From Malacoraja senta (Eukaryota): 64,000 bases of DNA. The notes beneath the pieces are model-generated. The model saw only the letters and a program-made list of their open reading frames with translations. It was not told the origin of the DNA and did not search any database. Where the stretch lies: contig JAXLNO010002284.1 in assembly GCA_038087875.1 (NCBI GenBank), forward strand, positions 62,001 to 126,000, given 5' to 3'. Shown piece by piece: positions 1-11,983 of this stretch; within the stretch, counting starts at the first letter, position 1, and every line of letters starts with the position of its first letter. The position numbers were made by a program, and so were the translations under genes.

Positions 1-204
1 GGGCTATTCGTCAGTGGAGAGGGTGGAGATGGGATAAAAGAAGCCAATTAATAAAATTAAGATAATATCTAGGGGTGTGATGAGTGTGTGTGTTTGTGGG
101 TGCCAGATTCCCACCCCTCAACCGTGCTTTAGTGTGACGCCGCAGCCCCCCCCCCGCAAACGCGCGTTGGGGAAACAGACCCAACGGGTCTGCACTTGGT
201 CTAG
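1..204 (+). mobile_element. 3' end of non-autonomous Helitron
   Basis: Hairpin cagaccc-aac-gggtctg (176-192) followed 8 nt later by CTAG|T; similar to the 3' end of the 38329-39589 element. Confidence 0.7.
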
Positions 205-341
205 TAGCACAGAAATGTGAGATTTTCCCCCCAATATCCTATCAATTTATACATATCGACAAAAACAACAGCTCTAGCACTGTCCAAGGTGGAACAACTA
301 GCTCTACCATTCAGTAGTATACAGAACAATCATTTACCATG

Positions 342-473
342 TCTGAAGAAAGGTCTCGAAGCAAAATGTCAGCTATTCCTTTTCTCCAGAGATGCTACCT
401 GACCCACTGAGTTACTCCAGCTTTTGGTATCTATCTTCGGTTTAAACCAGCATCTGCAGTTCCTTCCTGCACG
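342..473 (+). mobile_element. Short PLE-derived element with degenerate hammerhead-like head
   Basis: Starts tctgaagaaaggtctcgaagcaaaatgtc; TSD tttaccatg at 333-341 and 474-482. Confidence 0.8.
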
Positions 474-499
474 TTTACCATGACTTGTTGTTTTCTGTC

Positions 500-1010
500 A
501 TTGAGGCAGTTTTTTTTAGATCCACTGACATTATTATAAGGCCTCAGGTTTGCTGGGAACTTTTCACATGGGACTTGTGAAATGCTCTCTTAAATCCATA
601 CAGATAACATCCAGTGCATTGCCTTCCTCAACCTTCTTTGTTACTTCATCAAGAAATTCAATGACATTAGTTAAACATGGTCTGCTTTTAACAAGTCTAT
701 GTTGGCTCCCCTTAATTAACTACAACCTGTCCAAATGCCTGTGGACTTTTTTCTCTGATAGTTATTTCTAAATTCCATCCACCACCCAATGTTAAACTGA
801 TGACCGAGGAATATCCTTGTAACCTTTCTTGAAGATTTGCCACTTTCTAACACTGGTATCTCATTCCTAACTGTAATTGCAAAATTATGGAAAGCCCTTT
901 CTTTAATCACATTTCTTTTGCAATCTGGCATGAACAGCATCCAGATCAGGAGGCTTATCCATTCGATTTTTTCAACTTATCAAACATCCCAAACATTATT
1001 TCTACCATCT
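500..1010 (-). mobile_element. Old CR1 LINE reverse-transcriptase fragment
   Basis: Minus strand reads like decayed SQH.FVK.RSCLTN.IEF.DEVTKKVEEGNA.DVI.MDF motif; boundaries approximate. Confidence 0.7.
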
Positions 1011-1454
1011 CCTTTATGACCAATATTTATAGAATTCTTGAACCAAGCAATGGCCATATTGAGTGGAACCAGTGTAAGTAACTTAGTGGATTTTTGAAAG
1101 GCATTTGGCATGATGAAGGCTAAACTGTAAGAAGAGATGGACGAACTGGATGGAGGCTATGGTTGCAATGGGCCTTTAAGGCCACTGCAGCTGGGACTTT
1201 GAAAATGGTGCTAAAAACTAGCAACTTTTGCATATGGACTCAGTGGACTGTTTCTATGCATGCTGTACATAATCAAGATTTGTACTTATGTATGACAATA
1301 ATCTTACTGATCTGTATGCAGAAAAACAATTTATCTGTACCTTGGTACATGTGATAATAAAGAACCAATGAACCAATCATCTAAAAACATTAATTCTCCC
1401 CACCCCCAGTACAGCATAGCTATAGTGTGTACAATCCGCAAATTACACTGAAGT

Positions 1455-2315
1455 TATTTGCCTGGACAACTCTGAGAGCATCTTCCAACGCACTACCTCT
1501 ATCACCAAGGAGTAGACTAATGGGAACACGATCCCTGCAGGTTCCCTCCCAAATTATATTTAATTGTGACTTGGAAATACATGGGTATTCCTTGGTTGCT
1601 GTGTGTCTAGATCAGGGGTCGGCAACCTTGTTCTGCATAGGGGCCAGGACGCATGTCTGTGAGCGGATGGCGGGCCACATCTATCACGTGTACACATGGA
1701 TCCCGCCCTCATCCTGCCCCGGATGGCAGGCATCAAATCACATGTTCACATAGATCCCGCCCATTCGAGGACGCCACACTGAGCTCTGGCCCTTAGTTAC
1801 GGGCTCTCACGAACATAACGTACCTACTGAAGGCGGTGGCTCAAATACTCACACTCACTTGTCCCCGGCCTATTGACAACCCCGATCCCGACAGTGAAGC
1901 CCAGACACAGAAGGTGCGCGACCGTGCCGGCGGCTTTGCGCAGGATGCGGTACAGCCAGAGCTCAGAGCTCGACGCATGGCCGTGCTTGGCGGCTCCGCA
2001 AATGCGGCCACCAGCGCAGGCCTCCTTGCGTCCTTGCATCACCGCGCCTGGGCCCCGCGGCCTCAGGCCCAGGAGGTACCGGAGATGACGGAAGTCTGCG
2101 GGCCGGATAATTTCGGGTTTTGGGCCGCATTCGGTTGCCGACCCATGGTCTGGATCCTGGAATTTCCTATTCAAAAGCATTGCAGGAATACCTTCACTCA
2201 AGGGAGTGAAGTGGTTCAAGAACGTGACACACCACCATTTGTTTAAGAACAATTGGGGCTTGTCAATAAATGCTATGCTTTCTAGTAAGGCCCAAACCTT
2301 GAAGAAATGAAATTT
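1455..2315 (+). mobile_element. Old CR1/L2-clade LINE 3' end, split by hAT MITE
   Basis: Tail ...caataaatgct...; related to 30650-31240; continuous across the MITE. Confidence 0.55.
1613..2147. mobile_element. hAT (Charlie-type) non-autonomous element
   Basis: 15-bp TIR caggggtcggcaacc / ggttgccgacccatg; 8-bp TSD gtctagat / gtctggat; CpG-rich interior. Confidence 0.9.
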
Positions 2316-3411
2316 AAAAAAACATAAGAACATTACAAAGGGGAAAAAAATGTGCATGGAAATAATTCAAAATAAATGCTAGAAGACCTCACAGGGTTCT
2401 GAATGTCCTGGAGTCAGTCCTGGGCTCCATTCTAGACCCCCAAATTGTGCTCTGATGGACCCCTTGCATTTTTAATATAAACATGACTAAAGCTATGAGC
2501 ATAGAAAAGAATACTAAGGTTGATAATTAATATCACAAGTGAGACTAAAGATTCAAAGAAATGTTTTCTCATAGAACTCAAGTGAAAGAGACTCTCAGGA
2601 AAAGCATTTCATTACCAAGGAACTGGATAAATATCTGGCCGGAGGCAGGATTGGTTCTGAGAAAGATAGGTTAGGGTTAGATGGTAAAATACTTAATAGA
2701 AAGGAAAATAATAGTTTCTGGTTTCCAGGGTGCCAAACATTGTTTGGAGACCAGCAAATTAAGTCCAGATAGTGGAAAAATTACATTTGCTATGCAACTC
2801 AAGAGGCAAAATGAATATTTGTGTTGAGGTTTCTCCACAGAAATTAAAATGTTGATGTTGATAATATGTGGTTGGAGGAAGGAATTTGATTGGATGATAA
2901 ATCTTTTCCAGTTCCATTTCATTTCATATTCCCATTTGCATTTGTTGTTGCTATTCCATTTTATTTGAGGAAAAGATTGATTTATGATTACCCATATTTT
3001 TTCCACCACATTCTCACACTGAAATGTACTGAAATATGTCAGTGAGATATGAAATTACCATCAAGCCATCTTTCTCGCACTGAAAATGAACTGTTTGACT
3101 ATGGGGTATCATTACTTCATTTAGGCGCTGTAGCATACATTTAATAGAATTAATTCACTCTGATTTACACTACTCAAGTCTGTTTAATGCCAATTTCACG
3201 ATTCCACATTCTGATGGAGTAGGATGACATACACGGGCCTCCCTGTCTATTCATGGGCCAACTGTCCCATTTCCATCATTGTAACATTATCAATTTGGAA
3301 TTTCAGCGCCTTGCCCTGAAATATTTGAAAATCTAGATATGCGAGGGAAAATCTAACTAACAGCAGACATGCCCTAGCAATAGTTGGCTTGATAATAAAG
3401 TAAACACTTAC

Positions 3412-3498
3412 CAAACTGTCAGAAAGCTTTTCATCAGCCCACGATACTCTTCTTTCTTCTAGATCATAGTCTGATGAGTGTTTTTTATGTTTCGGTGC
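3412..3498 (-). CDS. RPGRIP1L: RPGRIP1L exon 19
   Basis: APKHKKHSSDYDLEERRVSWADEKLSDSL, aligns to human [21 protein letters not shown]; 87 nt; tttag| and strong |gtaagt. Confidence 0.82.
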
Positions 3499-3934
3499 CT
3501 AAATTGCCAAGGAATCAGACTTTACAAGATTGTTATTACTTTATTTCACTGGAGATTTTCTTAGTTGACCTCAATATTACATTAATTTTAGTTCCCAGGC
3601 TTTTACTGTAACTTACATTTTTTCTTGATCTCTGTTAATGATACAGTTGACACATTCTTACAAAGAATAAAAAAGCAATATATTGGAGACTGCCTCGCTA
3701 ATATTTAAAGGTACCAGAAATGTGTGCAAAATATACCTTTGGCTGTAGCTAAAGCAATCCAATTGCCATTCAATCAGTCGACTGATCTCGATACGAGTGG
3801 TTTTCGAAGTGAGATCAACAGAAACTTTGACAACTTTTGGGGCCAAATTGAATGGAGCTCAGTGATGGTTGAGGGGTAGGGTCAATTAAAAAATGCATAT
3901 TGATAGTTTGATTTTAAATGATTATTGTAATATT

Positions 3935-4472
3935 GTTCCAGGTGCGGCAGAGGTTCACCTGCATCTCCTCCAACCTCAGCTATTGCATCCGCTGCTCTAG
4001 GTGTCAACTGCTCTATATCGGTGAGATCAAGTGTAGGCTTGGCGATCGCTTCGCCCAACACCTTCGCTCAGTTCGCAATAACCAACCTGATCTCCCGGTG
4101 GCTCAACACTTCAACTCCCCCTCCCATTCCGAATCCGACCTTTCTGTCCTGGGCCTCCTCCATGGCCAAAGTGAGTCCCACCGCATATTGGAGGAGCAGC
4201 ACCTCAAATTTTGCTTGGGCAGTTTACACCCCAGCGGTATGAACATTGACTTCTCCAATTTCAGCTAGTCCTTGCTTTCCCCCTCTTTCCCCTCCCCTTC
4301 CCAGCTCTCCCACAGCCCACTGTCTCCGCCTCTTCTTTTCTTCTTCCCGCCCCACCCCCCTCACCCCCACATCAGTCTGAAGAAGGATCTCGACCCGAAA
4401 TGTCACCAATTCCTTCGCTCCATAGATGCTGCCTCACCCGCTAAGTTTCTCCAGCACTTTTGTCTACCTTCA
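3935..4472 (+). mobile_element. 5'-truncated Penelope-like retroelement (GIY-YIG endonuclease C-terminus plus 3' tail)
   Basis: ORF FTCISSNLSYCIRCSRCQLLYIGE...VAQHFN...GMN; hammerhead-like core at 4377-4404; TSD attgtaatatt at 3924-3934 and 4473-4483. Confidence 0.92.
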
Positions 4473-5178
4473 ATTGTAATATTAGTATGAACCAGCCAGT
4501 TAAAACAATAGAAAAACTCTAATACCTCATGCCAGTAACCACATAAGTTCAAGCCCTTTAGATAAATGAACCCTTGGTAGAAAGGGTTTAGGGTGAGGAA
4601 CATACTCCCATAAAAATCTGAAAACCATTATTCTGGGCGTCATTAATGTCTCCTTTTATTATCACCATTTTATCTGATGAAAGGAAAGATAAAATCAATG
4701 CAATCTTGGATAATCTGATTTAAAAATTAAGTGGCATCCTATATAGATGAATGCATAGTGCTTTGTGAGAAAAGGATCATAACATCTTAATTCACTCAGT
4801 AATCTTTGTCAGCGCCCCCATTAAAAGCAGCTAGTTATATCTTAAAACGGCTTAATTTGATAGTTTCATTATTACATCAGTTTTGAACTAGACTTATCAA
4901 TTCCTCCACGACTTGTGCTGGAAACTGTTTCAAAACTCACCACAAAAATGAATAATCACACCATGACCAATACCTTAATTTGTGTTACCTACATGATTTT
5001 TTTCTGATCCTTACATGGAAAATACAATATTATATAATAGTAAATATATGACTCCGAAATGTTTATTATCAGGTTATTCACAATTCAAAAAGAGATGTTA
5101 CAGAGACCGACCCACCTAAGGACCCCCATGACTCCCAACATTCAACTACGTAAGACAGAGCAACATTCACCCCTCTTG

Positions 5179-5965
5179 GGTACACAAAAATGCTGGAGAA
5201 ACTCAGCGGGTGCAGCAGCATCTATGGAGCGAAGGAAATAGGTAACGTTTCGGGCCGAAACCCTTCTTCAGACTGATAGGGGGTGGGGAGAAGAAAGGAA
5301 AAAAGGAAAAAGGCGGAGGAGGAGCCCGAGGGCTGGGGGAGGGGAGGAGACAACCAGATGGCTGATGAAGGGGAGGGGACAGCAAGGGCTAGCAGAATTG
5401 GGAGAATTCAATGTTCAGGCCCCCAGGATGTAGACTGCCCAAGCGGAATATGAGGTGCATTTCCTCCAATTTACGGTGTTGCTCGCGGTGGCCATGGAGG
5501 AGACCCAGGACAGAGAGGTCAGATACGAAATGGGAGGGGGAGTTGAAGTGCTGAGCCACCGGGAGTTCAGGTTGGTTATTGCGGACCGACCGGAGGTGTT
5601 CGGCGAAACGATCGCCAAGCCTCCGCTTGGTCTCACCGATGTAGATCAGCTGGCATCTAGAGCAGCGAATGCAATAGATGAGGTTGGAGGAGATGCAGGG
5701 GAACCTCTGTCGCACCTGGAACGACTGCTTGGGTCCTTGAATGGAGTGGAGGGGGGAGGTGAAGGGACAAGTGTTGCATCTCTTGCGGTTGCAAGGGAAA
5801 GTACCAGGGGAGGGGGTGGTATGGGAGGGAAGGGAAGAATTGACAAGGGAGTTACGGAGGGAGCGGTCTTTGCGGAAGGCAGACATGGGGGGAGATGGGA
5901 AGATGTGGCGAGTGGTGGGGTCACGTTGGAGGTGGCAAAACTGACGGAGGATCATTTGTTGTATG
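5179..5965 (-). mobile_element. 5'-truncated Penelope-like retroelement
   Basis: Open frame with PGTFPCNRKRCNTCP...LIYCIRCSRCQLIYIGETKRRL (CCHH + GIY-YIG); TSD ttcacccctcttg at 5166-5178 and 5966-5978. Confidence 0.93.
5241..5274 (-). ncRNA. Minimal type I hammerhead ribozyme-like motif
   Basis: agt-CTGAAGA-A-GGGT-TTCG-GCCC-GAAAC-GTT-acc; stem I only about 2 bp. Confidence 0.6.
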
Positions 5966-6044
5966 TTCACCCCTCTTGTACTGTCACTGAGACAGAGGCC
6001 ACCTGCCCTCATCATTGGTGTAACAATACGATATGATACAATAT

Positions 6045-6491
6045 GATGAAAGAATGGGTTGTCTGATATTGTATTCACTGGAATTTAGAAGGATGAGAGG
6101 TGATCTTATAGAAACATATAAAATTCTTAAAGGATTGGACAGGTTAGACGCAGGAAAAATGTTCCCGATGTTGGGGGAGTCCAGAACCAGGGGTCACAGT
6201 TTAAGAATAAGGGGTAGGCCATTTAGGACTGAGATGAGGAAAAACTTCTTCACCCACAGAGTTGTGAATCTGTGGAATTCTCTGCCACAGAAGGCAGTGG
6301 AAGCCAATTCACTGTATGTTTTCAAGAGAGAGTTGTATTTAGCTCTTAGGGCTAAAGGAATCAAGGGATATGGGGAAAAAGCAGGAATTGGGTACTGATT
6401 TTAGATGATCAGCCATGATCATATTGAATGGCAGTGCTGGCTCGAAGGGCCGAATGGCCTATTCCAGCACCTATTTTTCTATGTTTCTATG
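6045..6491 (+). mobile_element. CR1 (HER1-like) LINE 3' fragment
   Basis: YSLEFRRMRGDLIETYKILKGLD...RTRGHSLRI...RKNFFTHRVVNLWNSLP; tail gggccgaatggcct...tttctatg repeats. Confidence 0.92.
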
Positions 6492-6779
6492 ATGGAACAT
6501 TATCCCAGGAGGGAAATTGATCTGCCAAGTTGCTTTAACTGATAAAGCAACCCAACCCTATTACTAATCCCAGAGAATCATTTTGATTCTCTTTATGAAT
6601 ATCACCGTTGCTAGCAGTGGGAGACTTCTGCTGATACAACAGGTAAATGATGCCACACAGAAATAGAGTTCTAGGAAGGAGTCAGCATTGCAACAAATAC
6701 CCTGTTGGACGAGCACCGGCGTTAAGATCTTCTGGGGGTTAATCTATCCGGGGACCCTAGCAGAGAGACAAAAGTTCCT

Positions 6780-7145
6780 TGATCCTCATCTCGCTGAACC
6801 TCATCTGCTGCATTTGGTGTTCTTAATGTGGCTTCCATTACTTCGATGAGACCAAGGCCTGCTGGATCTCCCGGATGCTAATCTTTTAAACTCGCCTTCC
6901 AATTCCTATGCGGACCTCTCTGTCCTGGGCCTCCTCCATTGCCTGAGTGAGGCTACACACAAATTGAAAGAATAGCACCTCGTCTTCCACTTGGGTAGCT
7001 TACAACCTAACGGTATGTACATTAAATTCTCCAATTTGAATAACTAACCTGCACCCCCCTTTTGATTGTATTTATTTATTCCCCCCCCCCTATCCTCTTT
7101 CTTCCCCATGTCGCACCTGGATTCACACTTCTCCCCCCTCCCTTC
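6780..7145 (+). mobile_element. Older decayed Penelope fragment
   Basis: aacctcatctgctgcatt...gacctctctgtcctgggcctcctccattgcc...attctccaattt, homologous to 3935-4472. Confidence 0.75.
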
Positions 7146-7210
7146 CCTGAGTAAACTGAACTACTCAATTAACAAACCTGAAACTATATAAGTGAATAAA
7201 ATGTTGTTAC

Positions 7211-7416
7211 CAAAATTGAGTCGTCGGTTAGGTCAGATAACGATTCTTTACGTTCCTTACTCATTGGCATATTTTCTGGTTCTTGCTTCCGAACCACTTT
7301 AGCTTGATCCATTGTCACTATGGATGCATTCGGCGGCATATAAGAGATCATCCATTTTAATTCAACATTTATGGTGCCGACGACTTGTTCTTCAGTGTTT
7401 GTAAGTTCAAATGTAC
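7211..7416 (-). CDS. RPGRIP1L: RPGRIP1L exon 18
   Basis: TFELTNTEEQVVGTINVELKWMISYMPPNASI...DDSIL; 206 nt; follows a 148-bp intron; 3' boundary chosen by phase 0 (|gtaaca). Confidence 0.88.
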
Positions 7417-7564
7417 CTGGAGGTAAATGAATACGAGTGTACTACAAAGAGAACTCATTGAGTGAGCATAACAATTTCAGATTAGGATCCAAAAAAACTG
7501 GAGTAAATATATTAACAACAGGAAGATGCATTTTCCAAAAGGAAAAGTTAAAAATAATTATTAC

Positions 7565-7913
7565 CAGAGATGTTTTTGTTGTTGGATAACAGAATAAGAG
7601 GGATTTCTGCCTTTCCCAGGTAGGAAGCATCAGCAGGATCGGTATCATCAAATATGTAAATGAGTAACGATTCTGACTTTAAATACCGGTCGAGCTCGGA
7701 GTTCATTAGGACATGAAATCTCATGTGATCTTCAAATTGTGGATTATTGCTGTTGGGAATGATAGCAGTGTCATGGTCAGAAAAATCAAAGAATTTGTAG
7801 ACAGCATAAGGGCTTGGTTGGGTTTCCTTCCTTTTGTGTTGCAGGTTGTCACACGATTTAATAATCACGTGAAGATCATTCATATTCCCATCTGCCAGAG
7901 ACGTAGTATGTTC
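7565..7913 (-). CDS. RPGRIP1L: RPGRIP1L exon 17 (second C2 domain)
   Basis: EHTTSLADGNMNDLHVIIKSCDNLQ...PYAVYKFFDFSDHDTAIIP...DRYLKSESL...ISG; 349 nt; ccatag| and |gtaata. Confidence 0.95.
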
Positions 7914-8012
7914 CTATGGGATCAATGAAAAAAGATGTTAATCACAGGACCTGTACTCAGGCTTATGAAAAACTGAAATATTGGTTGCCATTTTAACTTG
8001 GAAACTGTTCAG

Positions 8013-8239
8013 TGTAGCGGCGCCTGCTGGGGCACACAGGTATCGAACCCGGCGTTCGGAAGCCGCGGTCACGTGACTAGGGAGGGGCTGCTTGTTTTCG
8101 CCCGGTTTTGCATTCGCGCGGCAGTTCAGTGCTGTCCACCGTTGTGGCCAGACATGTTGTGAGAGCCTGTGAACTGAGAAGTGATTTTCTGAATAAAAAT
8201 ACGTTTGAAAACTCAGTTGTCGTTCTTGAGACCGCCAAA
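8013..8239 (+). mobile_element. Solo LTR (probably Gypsy)
   Basis: Begins TGTAGCGG, ends ccgccaaa (decayed CCGCTACA); 4-bp TSD tcag; AATAAA near 8192; CpG-rich. Confidence 0.7.
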
Positions 8240-8615
8240 TCAGTGCAATGCAGCCTTTAAACCCCAGTTAATTTTACGCTCCTTTGAAACCACAAGGGGT
8301 GTAAAACAAGTTTTCCACCTATTCCTGTGTCCTTCCTATTGAACAGGTTGATATAGTTTTTTCCCTATAATCTTTGCTGCTATTATTTTCACATTCAAGT
8401 CAATAAGCGAAAAAAAGGTAAGAGGAACAACACTGATGAAACAAAGTAATTAAATTGTCATTGCGATTTCCAATCACTTTACCAATATAACTTTTTCCTT
8501 TATAAATATTACAAAGAATGAGTAGCATTTACTTGTGTTGATCTAACACCTTTCCTGCCTCTGATTGTACAATGAGTTTTATTCATTCGCAGGATTTGGG
8601 TAACACTGACAGGAC

Positions 8616-8818
8616 TGTAGAAACAAGGAACTGCAGATGCTGGTTAAGGAAAAAGGGCACAAACTGCTAGAGTAACTCAGCGGGTCAGGCAGCAACTCTG
8701 GAGAACATGGATAGGGTCCCGAAACATCTGAAGGGTCCTGACCTGAAATGTCAACCTATCCGTGTTCTTCAGAGATGCTGCCTGACCTTCTGACTTACAC
8801 GCGTAGTTTGCATCTTTT
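8616..8818. mobile_element. Fold-back PLE-derived mini-element
   Basis: Arms gtcaggcagcaactctggagaacatggatagg / cctatccgtgttcttcagagatgctgcctgac are reverse complements; TSD actgaca(g/a)gac. Confidence 0.8.
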
Positions 8819-9901
8819 ACTGACAAGACAAGCATGTTTTGCCCAACTCTCAGAAGGTGACCATGGACAGCTATGTTTCACCACTCATTCCTCTGGCAGA
8901 TCTGATAGTGTAGATTCCCGCAGTGCTGTTTGGAATGGAACTCCAGGATTTTGACCAACATTATATTTCAAATCAGGAAGATGTTTGATTTTTGGGACTT
9001 TGAAAGTGAATATGTTTCCATGATCTTTTTGTCCTTCGATGCCACAAAGGTTCTACCAAGAAACCCTTGCAAGTTGCTGCAGAGTTTAAGAGAATAATCA
9101 TTATTGCAGCAGTTATCCAAACATAATGCACAATACAATAAGCAGCTTTGCAAATTGCAGTGTTGAGCTATCAAGATTAGAAAGAAAATGGGCCATGCCA
9201 TTTCAGACAATGAATTGCACTGCACATGCAGCCAACCCATGAATGTATATGCATTGTTATGTTGAGAAAAGGGTAAATATCAATGAACAGATAGGTTGCC
9301 AGTACTATTAACTATGCTATTGGTAGCTCAATTAATTAGAGAAAACAAAATGATGCATGAACGGACCATCAATATGTAGCCTCTTAGATAGCGGAAACAT
9401 TATGCCAGCTGAATAATGGAATCTAATGAGAACGACACACTGTATTGGGAAAGTCACCAGGAAAGATTTTTGACAGATGACTTGGAATTTGAATCTGGAA
9501 GATGACTTTGATCAAAGGCAAAGATAAAATTAACTAGCTTCAAACTGTCCAATATATGCTTCTGCCTTTAATTTTGAAATGTAACAAACATTGAACATTT
9601 TCCATTTTGAATGTAGCTACAATGAAATATGAAATGGAAACAGAAATTTGTGGTTCCATTGCACAGTTTCAAAAGACCAATTGTCCGTTCATGGAATACT
9701 TACAAAGTTTTATGGTATAATTACTGAGAAAGCTTGCTGTCACACAAATACAGCATCATAATATAAACATTACATTTCCATCACAATTTAAGCATGGATT
9801 AAAAATCTCCACATTCATTTAAAACTGATTTTTTTTTCAACAGAGCATGTTTTTTTCCCAAATCTTCCAGATTTATATCTACCAAAATCGATGATATTTA
9901 C

Positions 9902-10053
9902 CTGTTGTGTCTGATTGATTGCTTGATTACTGGAAGTTATATATCCTAAGGCCTTTGCACGTTCCTTATATAGCCGAATGGCCTGAGCCATTGCTACACG
10001 TAATCGTAACCAATATTCAACTGTTCCATATTTTTCAGAATCTCCTCTGACAC
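9902..10053 (-). CDS. RPGRIP1L: RPGRIP1L exon 16
   Basis: [50 protein letters not shown]; 152 nt. Confidence 0.96.
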
Positions 10054-10914
10054 CTGCATTCAAAACTGATAATGTGAGTAAAGCATGCACGGCAGCATAG
10101 ACACAGTAAAATTGTACACTGAATAAAATTACGACCAGGATAATGCAAGAACATGACCTACTTACCAACAGATAGGCCCTTCAAAAGTATAAATATTGAA
10201 TTTTAATTTCACTATTTCTTGAGTCTTTGCCATGAATAATTTTTTACCCATTGTATAATCAATAAACTGCATTATTTCTTTTGTATAAAAAAATAAAATG
10301 ATGCAGAATAAAATCAGGTGAACCATGATTATCAAAAATTACTGATTTATTACAGTTTGCTCGAGGTACCGATTTCATTTTCGTAAAGAAAATTTACGAG
10401 ATAAATATCCTCGTAATATCACATCCATTTTGCCAAAAATCGAAATAACTTATCAATCAAGAATCATCTGGTCATTTGTGAAACTATGAAAAATTTGTGA
10501 AATTTTTTGTTTTTTTCATGTGACCAAAGCTTTTATTAAATATCATGGAAACTGCTTTTGCTCAGTGAGAACTGAAAAAAACAATTAAAATGTGTTTAAA
10601 TCTACCGCCGATTAAACTAATGAAAAGAAGCACTACAAAACTACATATTCCAGCTATAAAATATAAAGTTCTCTTTCATACTAAGCATCTATTGCATTAA
10701 AGGCTACCTGTTGGACATATTCATCGAACACCTTTTGCAAGAAATGGTAGCATGGTATCAGTACAGTCACAACGACAACTCAAATTAATCCATTGAAATT
10801 GATAGATTTCTAGAAGCTATGCGCCTAAGCTAATTGCTTAAGAAGATCTATTAATGGTTCTGTATGATATCAATCATCTAACTACTGAAATGCCCTTCCA
10901 TTTGACAAAAAGGC

Positions 10915-11155
10915 AGGCCATTTAAGCCTAAAATCAGGAGAGGTTTCTTCACTCAGACGCTGGTGAGTCTTTGGAATTCTCTATCCTGGAGGGATTACCA
11001 AGTTTTCTCCAACAGACATGGATAAATTTCTGGATATCAAGGGAAACGAGGGATATGGGTGTACTGCAGACTAACGATCAGTCACGATCTTGAGGAGCCT
11101 AGAGAAAGCTTGAAGGCCAGATGGCCATCTTTTGCTTTCAAGTTCTTGCGTTCTT
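10915..11155 (+). mobile_element. Old CR1 3' fragment
   Basis: ttcttcactcagacgctggtgagtctttggaattctct...gaaggccagatggcc. Confidence 0.7.
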
Positions 11156-11889
11156 AACCCATTACATCAACTTTGTACTGAGGCAGGAAAGTACTAACTG
11201 GGTTGAAGATGATCCATCTGGACACCACCTGCTTTAGGTTTCTACAGCCAAAATACCATGCTGACAGTTCACTGTCTTACGGGGAAGAATATCCTTCTTT
11301 ATACTTAAAGTACGGATGATATAGTCTATACTGGCTGACTGAAACCCCAATCAATGTCCACACATTATGATGTAATCAATTTAGAGGAGTATGGCCACTG
11401 CCGGTCAGTAACATCCCATTCACCAATTGGCTATGCAACTGTGAAAATAAAGTGATGATCACTTTCTCATCTTGATTACGAGTCTCCCTGATGGAGGAAG
11501 GTTCTGTGTGGATTTGGTTCTGCGATTGTTGATCACAGTCAACAAGAAAACAGAATAATAAACAGCATCTGGCCATATGAAGGTTCCTTTCGATACCAAG
11601 AAGTTCAAACACTCAGTCTGTTTTGACTTTTCCCAATGTTTCCAATTGAAAATGATGCCATTCAGCAATTGAAAGTGAAGTAATTCCTGGACTTTCACGC
11701 ACGTGCTGTGAATTGGAGAACCAAATCCAAGTTCACTCTGTGGCTGGACTTCACATGGACTGTCATGGCAAGACCCATGCCATTCAGTTCCTGCCAAGAG
11801 GCACCTGGCATTGATTTCAAGGGGGATTGTAAGGCAAATATCTAAGAGCCGAACAGGAAATAGTTCCTGAAATAATATTTTGCTTTACA

Positions 11890-11983
11890 TTATAGATATT
11901 ACAAAGCTGGAGAAATGCAGCAGGTGAGGCAGCATCTATGTAGAGAAGGAATAGGCAACGATTCGGGTCGAGACCCTTCTTTA
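11890..11983 (-). mobile_element. Short PLE-derived element
   Basis: Homologous to PLE tail; ends at gggtcgagacccttct; TSD tgctttaca at 11881-11889 and 11984-11992. Confidence 0.78.

Noticed and set aside
1824-2357. GC-rich overlapping ORFs of 136-177 aa / apparent CpG island
   Set aside because: They lie in the hAT MITE and cross its boundary; no recognisable protein.
5389-6078. 229-aa ORF as a host or domesticated GIY-YIG gene
   Set aside because: Truncated Penelope copy with TSD; the start codon comes from unrelated flank.
7255-7260. Internal donor ATGA|gtaagg in exon 18
   Set aside because: Gives phase 1, incompatible with phase-0 exon 19; kept the 7211 donor.
11376-11830. Minus-strand ORFs of 78 and 112 aa in intron 15
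   Set aside because: No RPGRIP1L homology or recognisable domain; exons 15 and 16 join in frame without them.
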